In this document: piece after piece, positions 56,795-64,000 of the stretch
Layout of the letters: every line of letters begins with the position of its first letter
How positions within the stretch are numbered: the first letter of the stretch is position 1
Assembly (NCBI GenBank): GCA_044229845.1
Contig: JBGASG010000001.1
Coordinates: 320,001 to 384,000, forward strand
Source: Candidatus Obscuribacteraceae bacterium
Lineage (GTDB): Bacteria; Cyanobacteriota; Vampirovibrionia; Obscuribacterales; Obscuribacteraceae
Direction: 5' to 3'
Length of the DNA stretch: 64,000 nt
Notes under the pieces: model-generated
What the model was told of the DNA's origin: nothing
Databases searched by the model: none
The model's input: only the letters and a program-made list of their open reading frames with translations
Program-made: the position numbers and the translations under genes

Positions 56795-58090
56795 CTAGTC
56801 CGCGAAGCGGCGCAGCTGGAAGACATCGTTAGTAAAGCTGCCGGATTTCTGGGCGGGATCGAATGATGCCGCGGCTCGCCGAGTGGTGTCCGCCATCCGG
56901 GCGACGGTATCAAATGCGGTGCGATCTACGGCTTGGTCGGGAGTGACGGCGAAGCCGAAGTTGCCGTTCGGATTGTCCGGCGTGGACAGTCGTTTGTCGC
57001 GCACCCAGTTCATTTGCATGCTGCCGCCCGATCCGCTCATCGAAAAATCATTCGAGTCGGTGACCACATTCATTGATTTGGCAAGCATCTCCACGGCGCC
57101 TGCTGTTCTGAGATCGGGGTTGGTGGCGCTCAATTGATCTAAGGCTTGCGTGAATTTAGCTTGCATCTCGGATGGGTCGGCAAACGCGATGCTTCTGCCG
57201 GCTTTCAATAAATCTGCGGCTAGCTGGTCTGACATATTCGGGAAAGCGGCTTTCAGTGACGCCAGTTGCGCGGTACTATCGGCGCCTTCTGGTGGCTTGC
57301 GTGCGCCGATGTCTGGTTGTCTCTCGAACAGTCCGGCGCTCTTCATTTGATCGGCGATTTCATTCAGCGACGCGTCAAACCGGGCGACCTGATCCGGAGG
57401 TATCCCGGCACGTGCCTGGTCTTCGATTTTTGCAATGCTCAGTCCGGCGTTGAATGCCGCCTGGTCGCGTTGGACTGTGTCGGCTCCGTAGCCCTGGAAA
57501 GCGGACGCAACGATGCCGTTTTGATTCTCGGGTGTCGCCGCGTTTTGGTCCGCCAGCATCAGGACTGTGCCGTTAAAAATGGTGGATAGTTTTGATCCTG
57601 GCTCGTTTTTCAGAGCATCATTGAGGACCCGACCGAAGGTGCCCGGCAGTGCTTCCGGATGATTCTTCAGAGCATTTGCCATGATCTCCTGAAACGCCTT
57701 TTCCCGTTCGGCGGCCGGTGTGTTCATGAGCCTGTCGGCGGCATTAAATGCTTCGTTGACGAACTGGTCAGGGTTGGCGACACCGCTGGCGCGAGCCAGG
57801 TCCAGATTTATCGCCCGTCGGCCCTCCAGAGCCGCATTTTGGTTTTCGGGAATCTGAGCCCCGAAGGTAAAACTGGTATCGCCCACGGTTGAGGGCGGAA
57901 AGCCTTTCCCTGTTACCGATTCCTGGGACGTGGCGCTGGAAGCTTGAGAAGGCGGGCCGTCGTTTTGCCCGACCGGCGGATTGCCTTCAAGTGTCAACGC
58001 CAGGCGCGGGTCGCCCTGTTTCTGGACGTCCGGAGCTTCGCCCACATCAGGGGTGACGGCAGGTCCATCGCTGTTTTTGGGAGGAGCCAC
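56795..58090 (-). CDS. Hypothetical protein with an internal duplication
   Basis: 431-aa ORF; two similar segments ending ATPENQNG and STPDNPNG. Confidence 0.7.
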   Translation of the reverse strand: MAPPKNSDGPAVTPDVGEAPDVQKQGDPRLALTLEGNPPVGQNDGPPSQASSATSQESVTGKGFPPSTVGDTSFTFGAQIPENQNAALEGRRAINLDLARASGVANPDQFVNEAFNAADRLMNTPAAEREKAFQEIMANALKNHPEALPGTFGRVLNDALKNEPGSKLSTIFNGTVLMLADQNAATPENQNGIVASAFQGYGADTVQRDQAAFNAGLSIAKIEDQARAGIPPDQVARFDASLNEIADQMKSAGLFERQPDIGARKPPEGADSTAQLASLKAAFPNMSDQLAADLLKAGRSIAFADPSEMQAKFTQALDQLSATNPDLRTAGAVEMLAKSMNVVTDSNDFSMSGSGGSMQMNWVRDKRLSTPDNPNGNFGFAVTPDQAVDRTAFDTVARMADTTRRAAASFDPAQKSGSFTNDVFQLRRFAD

Positions 58091-58184
58091 AAATTCACTC
58101 GCGGGTGATCAGTCTACTTTATTTATGCCCACACCCCGTGAAAACTGCGTGACGGCCGATGACGGAGGCGTGCCGCGCCGCAAT

Positions 58185-58231
58185 ATACCAATACGGTATG
58201 CCATTTCGAATTTGGCATACCGTATTGGTAT
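58185..58231. repeat. Perfect 19-bp inverted repeat
   Basis: ATACCAATACGGTATGCCA-TTTCGAATT-TGGCATACCGTATTGGTAT. Confidence 0.85.
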
Positions 58232-58285
58232 CCCAAATTTGCGCGCCTAGAATCAGGTTCCGGACCCAGGCTTGTGCTCGCGGTC

Positions 58286-59308
58286 CTACTTGCCGAACAG
58301 CCGCAGCAGCAAGACCGACCCGAAGTAGAGTGACACCAGTGCCACCATCACGATCAGCATTGAGATCACGGTCGGATCCGGTGTCACCACCGCTGCCACC
58401 ATCGAGCACACCACAATCGCGTATCGCCATACTTTCAGCAACTGGCGAGAGTTGACGATGCCGGCGAAGGAAAGGCAGAAGAGCACGATGGGCAGCTGGA
58501 AGCACAAACCCATATAAAGCATCACACTGAGCACCAGCGAGATATAGAAATCCAGCCGCTGATGAATTGGTGCAACTGCCTGACCAAAGCTATTGAAAAA
58601 GAAGAGCATCGGGGGCAGTGCCAGGTAATAAGCGAACAACGCGCCTGCCACAAACAGCAGCGGGCCACCAATGATGATTGGCATCAGCACTTGCTTTTCG
58701 CGTTTCTTCAGCCCGGGCCAGATGAAGCCAGCGAACTCACCGAGAATGAACGGCGATGCCATCACAACCGCCAGATAGAAGGCGACTTTGAAATAGACAA
58801 TCACTGGTTCTTCCAGCGACAGTGCCTGAAATTGCATGTTGCCGGCTGGTTTTTCCAACCAGACAATCACGTCTTTTCCAACCCACAAAGCCAGTGACAT
58901 GGTGACGACGAAAGAACCAAGCCCGCGCAGGATGCGCGTGCGCAGTTCATCGAGGTGTTCGATGACGGTCATTACGTTGCCGGGCTCGCCTTCGCCTTCG
59001 TCTTCGTCTTCTGCTTCCGGTTGATCGTCGATGCCGAGCCAGGGTTCCTCGGCGGCAATTACCGGCAAAGGCGCAGCAGGTGTTTCTTCAACGGAACTGG
59101 CAGTTGCTCTGGAACTGGCATCGGCGGCTGCCAGTTCCTTCGGCACGGGGTGCCCACCGCGCGGATGCACAACCGGCAATGGATCCTGAGTGATCTCCCC
59201 CTTTGGTTGCGCCGACGGATTGGCTGACGGATTGGGCATGGCAGCCGGCGTCGCCGCAGCGTCCGATGGTTCTGGAGGTGTAGGTTGCTTGTCCGAAGGC
59301 TGAGTCAT
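58286..59308 (-). CDS. tatC: Twin-arginine translocase subunit TatC with long disordered N-terminus
   Basis: MTVIEHLDELRTRI, FIWPGLKKRE, FQLP, WRYAIV..AAVVTPDP. Confidence 0.95.
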   Translation of the reverse strand: MTQPSDKQPTPPEPSDAAATPAAMPNPSANPSAQPKGEITQDPLPVVHPRGGHPVPKELAAADASSRATASSVEETPAAPLPVIAAEEPWLGIDDQPEAEDEDEGEGEPGNVMTVIEHLDELRTRILRGLGSFVVTMSLALWVGKDVIVWLEKPAGNMQFQALSLEEPVIVYFKVAFYLAVVMASPFILGEFAGFIWPGLKKREKQVLMPIIIGGPLLFVAGALFAYYLALPPMLFFFNSFGQAVAPIHQRLDFYISLVLSVMLYMGLCFQLPIVLFCLSFAGIVNSRQLLKVWRYAIVVCSMVAAVVTPDPTVISMLIVMVALVSLYFGSVLLLRLFGK

Positions 59309-59317
59309 GTTGCCATT

Positions 59318-60121
59318 TTACTTGGGTTTCTTGAGGCGCTGTTCGACAGCCGCAAACAAAACTACACCGGCGGCGATGGCGACATTCAACGATTCGCTGG
59401 CTTCATTCATCGGTATAGATATGATTTCGTCGCATGACTGCAGTGTTTCCTCTTCAAAGCCCTGTCCCTCATTCGCCACGACGATGGCGCAGCGCCCGGT
59501 AAGGTCCGCTTCGAAGTATTGTTTCTCCCCGTGCATGTCGCAGGCGAGAATGCGCACGTCATGTTCCTTTAAAAGGCTGATGGCATCGCTCATGGTGACA
59601 TCCCAGAGGATTGGCATGGCGAAAAGTGCTCCCGCAGCCGATCTAACCACTTTCGGTCCGTAGGGATCGACGGTGCCTTTAGTCAAGATAATTCCACTTG
59701 CTGATGCCGCCAGTGCGGTGCGAATCAGGGTTCCCAGATTGCCGGGGTCTTGCAGTGCCGCGCCCACGACGATCAAAGGGTTCGCCGGCTTGAACATGGA
59801 GACGGCATCGCGCCGCGGCAGCGCGGCGATGGCAGCCACTCCGCAAGGCGAGGTGGTGGTCACCAGCGTCTTGAAGAGTCGATCTTCCACGACCGCCACT
59901 TCGGCGACGTCGACGTTGCCGAGCGCGCCGGGGCCGTTTTTCCAGAACGACTCGCTGACGACGACGTCACGGATGTCGATGCCTTTTTGCTGTGCTTCAT
60001 CTAAAGCCTTGGGACCCTCGATCAAAAAAAGCCCGCTCTTCTCGCGCGCGGCGCGTTGATGCAGGCTGCGCATGCGCTTGAGGAGCGCGTTGGCTTCGCT
60101 GGTTATCGAGTTGACTTTCAT
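59318..60121 (-). CDS. TrmH/SpoU-family RNA methyltransferase
   Basis: FLIEG, LQDPGNLGTLIRTA, KVVRSAAG, NEGQG, ESLNVA. Confidence 0.93.
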   Translation of the reverse strand: MKVNSITSEANALLKRMRSLHQRAAREKSGLFLIEGPKALDEAQQKGIDIRDVVVSESFWKNGPGALGNVDVAEVAVVEDRLFKTLVTTTSPCGVAAIAALPRRDAVSMFKPANPLIVVGAALQDPGNLGTLIRTALAASASGIILTKGTVDPYGPKVVRSAAGALFAMPILWDVTMSDAISLLKEHDVRILACDMHGEKQYFEADLTGRCAIVVANEGQGFEEETLQSCDEIISIPMNEASESLNVAIAAGVVLFAAVEQRLKKPK

Positions 60122-60199
60122 GCCAAAGAAAAATCCGTGCCTTCACTGCAGTCGGGAATTTCCCGAAATGCCGAACAGCACGGATTTTATAACACCTTG

Positions 60200-60556
60200 C
60201 TACTTGATGGCGGCTTTCGCTCTTTCTACCAGACCGGAGAAGGCTGCTTCGTCATGGATAGCCATTTCGGAGAGCACCTTGCGGTTGAGGTCGATGTTGG
60301 CTTTCAACAGGCCGTTCATGAAACGGCTGTAGGTGATGCCTTGCGAACGGCAGGCGGCGTTGATGCGCGCGATCCAGAGGCGTCTGAAATCACGCTTGCG
60401 CTTGCGGCGATCGCGGTAGGCATTCCGCCACGATTGAATTACAGCCTGGTTGGCTGAGATGAATAATCTGGATTTGCTGCCACGGAAGCCCTTAGCGAAC
60501 TTGAGGATCTTCTTGTGGCGCTTCTGCAGTACGTTTCCGCGCTTGACTCTGGGCAT
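60200..60556 (-). CDS. rplT: 50S ribosomal protein L20
   Basis: [40 protein letters not shown]. Confidence 0.98.
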   Translation of the reverse strand: MPRVKRGNVLQKRHKKILKFAKGFRGSKSRLFISANQAVIQSWRNAYRDRRKRKRDFRRLWIARINAACRSQGITYSRFMNGLLKANIDLNRKVLSEMAIHDEAAFSGLVERAKAAIK

Positions 60557-60707
60557 TTCGATTCTCCTTGGGATTTATTAGATCAGGTGCCGGCGCCGTC
60601 GGGGGAGAAACCCTTATGCTTCCGACTGTTGTCAAACCGGGCAAACGAGCCATTCCGCTGCGGGCGAGCCGCAAGTCTGAAAGGCGTAAACCCGGTTCAG
60701 ATAAGGC

Positions 60708-60917
60708 TTAGCGAAGATATTTCCGGTACGGAAACATCGACATGATGTGTTCTTTCAGCTCGGGGGCGAGAGCCGCCCAGCCGCGCAGGTTGCGCTTTTT
60801 GTCCGGCGACTTCCACTCGTTGATGTGGCGTCTGCCCGATTGCTTGCGCAGAATTTTGCCGGTGGCAGTGACCTTAAAGCGGCGTGCAGCGGCTTTGTTG
60901 GTCTTCATCTTAGGCAT
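60708..60917 (-). CDS. rpmI: 50S ribosomal protein L35
   Basis: [21 protein letters not shown]; lies between infC and rplT. Confidence 0.97.
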   Translation of the reverse strand: MPKMKTNKAAARRFKVTATGKILRKQSGRRHINEWKSPDKKRNLRGWAALAPELKEHIMSMFPYRKYLR

Positions 60918-61566
60918 TGTCGTCTGTATCCTGGTTTGCGGCGCCGTTGTCTGATTGAGCTGGAGCTGGGGCTTTCGCGCCTTGTCCGGCGCTCGGGTCA
61001 GTTGGGCGCGGCCGTTGGGGGTTTGGCGAAAGGATCATGATAACACTTTTGCCTTCCAACCTTGGCTCTCTGTCAATGATTGCGTAATCTTTCAGTTCAT
61101 TGAAGAACTTGTTCATCAAAGCCAGAGCCATGCCGGAGTGCTGGACTTCGCGACCGCGCAACATGATCAGCACCTTGACTTTGTCGCCTTCGTTCAAGAA
61201 CTTCTGACTGTTGCGGAGTTTGACCTGATAGTCGTGCTCCTCAATCTTGTAGCGCATCTTGACTTCTTTGACGTCAACGATGTGATGCTTTTTCTTCTGC
61301 TCCCTGGCTTTCTTTTCCAGGTCGAACTTGTAACGCCCGTAATCCATAATTCTCGCTACAGGCGGGTTGGCGTCCGGTTGTACGAGGAAAAGGTCAAGAC
61401 CTTTCTCGCGGGCAGTATTCAGGGCTTCTCTCGTCGGGACAATGCCGAGCTGAGCACCTTCCTCATCAATGAGGCGTACCTCGCGGTCGCGAATACGTTC
61501 ATTCAGTAATGGCAGCTCCCTTTTGGGGTCGCGGGCAGGAGGTTGTCCTCTATTGTCGGTGCTCAA
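60910..61566 (-). CDS. infC: Translation initiation factor IF-3
   Basis: [46 protein letters not shown]. Probable TTG start at 61566 after GAGGA; the longer ORF would run through the tRNA. Confidence 0.95.
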   Translation of the reverse strand: MSTDNRGQPPARDPKRELPLLNERIRDREVRLIDEEGAQLGIVPTREALNTAREKGLDLFLVQPDANPPVARIMDYGRYKFDLEKKAREQKKKHHIVDVKEVKMRYKIEEHDYQVKLRNSQKFLNEGDKVKVLIMLRGREVQHSGMALALMNKFFNELKDYAIIDREPRLEGKSVIMILSPNPQRPRPTDPSAGQGAKAPAPAQSDNGAANQDTDDNA

Positions 61567-61610
61567 GCTATTCGGATGTCCTCGAGGAGGGATAGACGTT
61601 TTATAAAGAT

Positions 61611-61694
61611 TGCCGAAGGTGGGACTTGAACCCACAAGCGCTAAACGCGCACTACGCCCTGAACGTAGCGTGTTTGCCATTTCACCACTTCGGC
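61611..61694 (-). tRNA. tRNA-Leu(CAG)
   Basis: GCCGAAG/CTTCGGC acceptor stem; CTACG-TTCAGGG-CGTAG anticodon arm; long variable arm; GGTTCAAGTCC T-arm; CCA not encoded. Confidence 0.96.
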
Positions 61695-61744
61695 GCGCGA
61701 GTCGCAATTTTAATACAGCTGGGACTGTATTCGCTACTTCTGGA

Positions 61745-61775
61745 ATTGTACCCGGCAATATCGCCGGATGGTCAA
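61745..61775 (-). promoter_or_regulatory. Promoter-like TTGACC-N19-TACAAT upstream of tRNA-Leu/infC
   Basis: Near-consensus hexamers with a CCGGC-N6-GCCGG dyad in the spacer. A second TAAAAT -10 lies at 61712-61707. Confidence 0.5.
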
Positions 61776-62076
61776 GCTCCCGGGAAAATGTTGCTGGTGC
61801 GATTACACGCACAGCGAAGTGCGTATTCACGTACTGACTACACCCCCCTGATTTAGTAAGTTACAGAAACACCGCCCGCACCATTCCCGCAGACCTCTAC
61901 TTTGAGGAGACTCTTTACTACGCTCCGATGGCGATACTACCCGCGGTACCGCCCGGATCCGATCGCTTTATGCACAACCCAGACGGAGAGGGGGCGACGC
62001 TTACGCGGCGCCCTTTCTCTTGCGCGCGCAACCTGCGAGCAGGCTAAAATTCCACCACCTATAAGTGGAATCAGAT

Positions 62077-62880
62077 ATGACAACAGAAGAGATAGTTGCC
62101 AAACTGAAACCGTGGCTGACGAAACATCTGCGACCCGCATGGAAACCGGTTGTAGAAGAGCGCGCCGACGGATCCAGGTGCATGTCGAAGTTTGGCGGCA
62201 TTCCGTACACCACTGCCGAGCACGACTGGCCCGCCTGCACCGAATGCGGGCAGCAAATGCAGCATTTTTTGCAACTCGACCTTCGCGACCTGCCAGCCGA
62301 GCTCGGCGATCGTCACGGCACAGGACTGGTGCAATTGTTTTACTGCACCCGCGGTGACTGCCAGGGCATGGGCGGGTGGTTTCCCTTCGAAGACACGATG
62401 AGCCGGGTACGTGTTCTTCCAATTCCGCTTGCCGAATACGTCGCGCCGGCGGAGATCGAGTCGCAGGAAGAAGAGTTTTCAGAATTTTGCATTGTCGACT
62501 GGCAGAAGTTCGAGGACTCTCCTGCCACCGCAGAGCAGGAAGAACTCGGGCTTGATTTCGATTACGACTTCGACTCGCAGCCGAATCTGGTCAAGGTGAA
62601 GTGTCCGGAACTCCAGTTCGAGAGCGACTACATTGTCGATCCGATGCTGGCGGAAAACATCTCCAGCGCTCAATTCGGCGACAAGTTGTCCGGGTGGCCT
62701 TTATGGGTTCAAAACGTCGAGTATCCCAATTGCCCGCGCTGCCAGACGCGCATGATTCTCTTGTTTCAAATCGACTCGGAAGACAATGTGCCGTTCGGGT
62801 GGGGCGATGCGGGAACGGGACACATCACGCAGTGCCCTGAGCACAAAGATGTGGTGGCATTCGGCTGGGCTTGCGGCTAG
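62077..62880 (+). CDS. DUF1963/YwqG-family protein
   Basis: SKFGGIPY, WPAC..C..M..FLQLDL, KLSGWPLWVQ, LFQIDS, WGDAG. Confidence 0.85.
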   Translation: MTTEEIVAKLKPWLTKHLRPAWKPVVEERADGSRCMSKFGGIPYTTAEHDWPACTECGQQMQHFLQLDLRDLPAELGDRHGTGLVQLFYCTRGDCQGMGGWFPFEDTMSRVRVLPIPLAEYVAPAEIESQEEEFSEFCIVDWQKFEDSPATAEQEELGLDFDYDFDSQPNLVKVKCPELQFESDYIVDPMLAENISSAQFGDKLSGWPLWVQNVEYPNCPRCQTRMILLFQIDSEDNVPFGWGDAGTGHITQCPEHKDVVAFGWACG

Positions 62881-62882
62881 AT

Positions 62883-63839
62883 CTATTTAGACTGCGCTTC
62901 GCTGCCCTTTGGCGCACCCGGTGCGGCGATTTGCAATTGACCGGCAGCACCGGAAAAACTTGCTACCGGTGTCTGCGTAGCTTGCCGTTCCGCACTGACT
63001 TCGGTGGCGACGGTGGCGGCGGCGACATCAAAAGTTTCTTTCAAACTAGCTGTCTTGCCGAGCTTGCGAGCTGCTTGCATAAACTGATAGGTGAAGGCGC
63101 TGTTGCTCTTTGTTTTGCATTCATAAGAGCGCTCGTTGGACTGGCTCGAGCACAAGATGGCGCGTCCCGCGCCGCCCCAGTCCTGCATTTTTGAATGCCC
63201 TTGTTTTGCGACGCTGCCGCCCGACGCCGCGGCACCACCGCTGTACGAAGCATCGACGATCAGCACTAGACGATGAGCATGGCACCGCGCTTGAATTGAT
63301 TGATAAAGGCTGGCAGCATCGATGCCGGTGCTGAACAACTTGTCGGGCAAGGTGTCGTAGGCGCACAAATAATTCAGGCCTGCCCCGTCGCTGCCGGAGG
63401 CTGTTCCCGCTGTTGAAATGTAAACCACCACCAGGTCGGCAGGTGACGCCACTTGCGGCAGCCAGGTGTTGCCCAACTCGGCTAAGATGCCCGCTCTGGT
63501 CGCCTGATCGTCGGTAAGCAGCTTCACGTGATCGGCTTTGAAGTCACAGTCTCTGGTGAGAAACTGAGCGAAGTCCGTCGCGTCCTTGGCGGCGCCCGGT
63601 AGACTTTCTATGCCCTGGGCGAACTTGCTGACTCCCACCACCAGTGCCCATTTGTCGCGAAAGGCATTTGGGGATGACTCAGGCGGCGCCGATGTTGCTG
63701 ATGCTGCGGGAACGGCAGGCGCGCTTGAAGAAACGGGATCGGCGAAAACATTCGCCGATCCCGAAATAATCAACAGAAACAGACTTGCCACCACATATCG
63801 CAGAATCAGACTTGATTGCAATGTCGGGCGGCGTGTCAT
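62883..63839 (-). CDS. Exported caspase-like (C14) protein with a substituted catalytic dyad
   Basis: KWALVVGVSKF, DATDF..FL, LTDDQATR; YISTAG in place of xSxHG; DASYSG in place of DAC; signal peptide. Confidence 0.85.
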   Translation of the reverse strand: MTRRPTLQSSLILRYVVASLFLLIISGSANVFADPVSSSAPAVPAASATSAPPESSPNAFRDKWALVVGVSKFAQGIESLPGAAKDATDFAQFLTRDCDFKADHVKLLTDDQATRAGILAELGNTWLPQVASPADLVVVYISTAGTASGSDGAGLNYLCAYDTLPDKLFSTGIDAASLYQSIQARCHAHRLVLIVDASYSGGAAASGGSVAKQGHSKMQDWGGAGRAILCSSQSNERSYECKTKSNSAFTYQFMQAARKLGKTASLKETFDVAAATVATEVSAERQATQTPVASFSGAAGQLQIAAPGAPKGSEAQSK

Positions 63840-63851
63840 GGTTCGCTCTTT

Positions 63852-64000
63852 TTAGCCGTCAGCGGTGTACGGCATGAGGGCTATGTCGCGGGCGCGCTTG
63901 ATGGCGACCGTGAGGAAACGCTGGTGTGATGCACAGTTGCCCGAGATGCGACGGGGCAAAATTTTGCCGCGCTCGGTGACGTACTTCTTCAGTTTGTTCG
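63852..64000 (-). CDS. rpsR: 30S ribosomal protein S18 (3' part)
   Basis: [48 protein letters not shown]. Confidence 0.96.
   Translation of the reverse strand, partial: NKLKKYVTERGKILPRRISGNCASHQRFLTVAIKRARDIALMPYTADG

Noticed and set aside
60635..60697. c-di-GMP-I riboswitch (GGGCAAAC on + strand)
   Set aside because: Antisense to the operon and lacks the GAAA tetraloop/GACGCAAAGC continuation.
61567..61830. N-terminal extension of IF-3 in the ORF track (306 aa)
   Set aside because: It runs through tRNA-Leu and its promoters; the true start is likely TTG 61566.
61611..62060. Integrative element at tRNA-Leu
   Set aside because: No integrase and no duplicated tRNA 3' end seen; the tRNA 3' side abuts infC.

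Overview
A GC-rich bacterial chromosomal window with about 50 genes and no transposase, integrase, prophage, rRNA or CRISPR-Cas. Cyanobacteria-like L20 and SigA motifs, plus several Hanks kinases and TPR and caspase-like proteins, suggest a non-photosynthetic cyanobacterial relative (Vampirovibrionia/Obscuribacterales); this is inference only. Housekeeping content: pepA, an acyl-CoA carboxyltransferase, mgtE, an RpoD-family sigma factor, trpS, a purF-C-D-N-L-Q-M-H operon, folK, acpS, tatC, tRNA-Leu(CAG)-infC-rpmI-rplT and the 3' end of rpsR. Best candidate for an undescribed system (8.5-14.3 kb): an atypical ECF sigma factor lacking the DAED motif, followed by a 1633-aa protein made of a zinc-finger anti-sigma domain, about 1400 aa of Trp/Gly/Pro/Gln-rich low-complexity sequence and a C-terminal Roadblock/MglB-like domain, then a second truncated Roadblock. 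A MshEN + DUF4388(PATAN) protein lies nearby. Other oddities: a REPIN-like triple-hairpin array beside a leaderless MerR/VIT-vWA operon, tandem near-identical PemK/MazF toxins with evidence for an ATT start, an active/pseudo M50-TPR protease pair, a catalytically dead secreted caspase, an unannotated 34-aa basic peptide before trpS, and several operator-like palindrome arrays. All domain calls were made by eye from motifs, without database searches.
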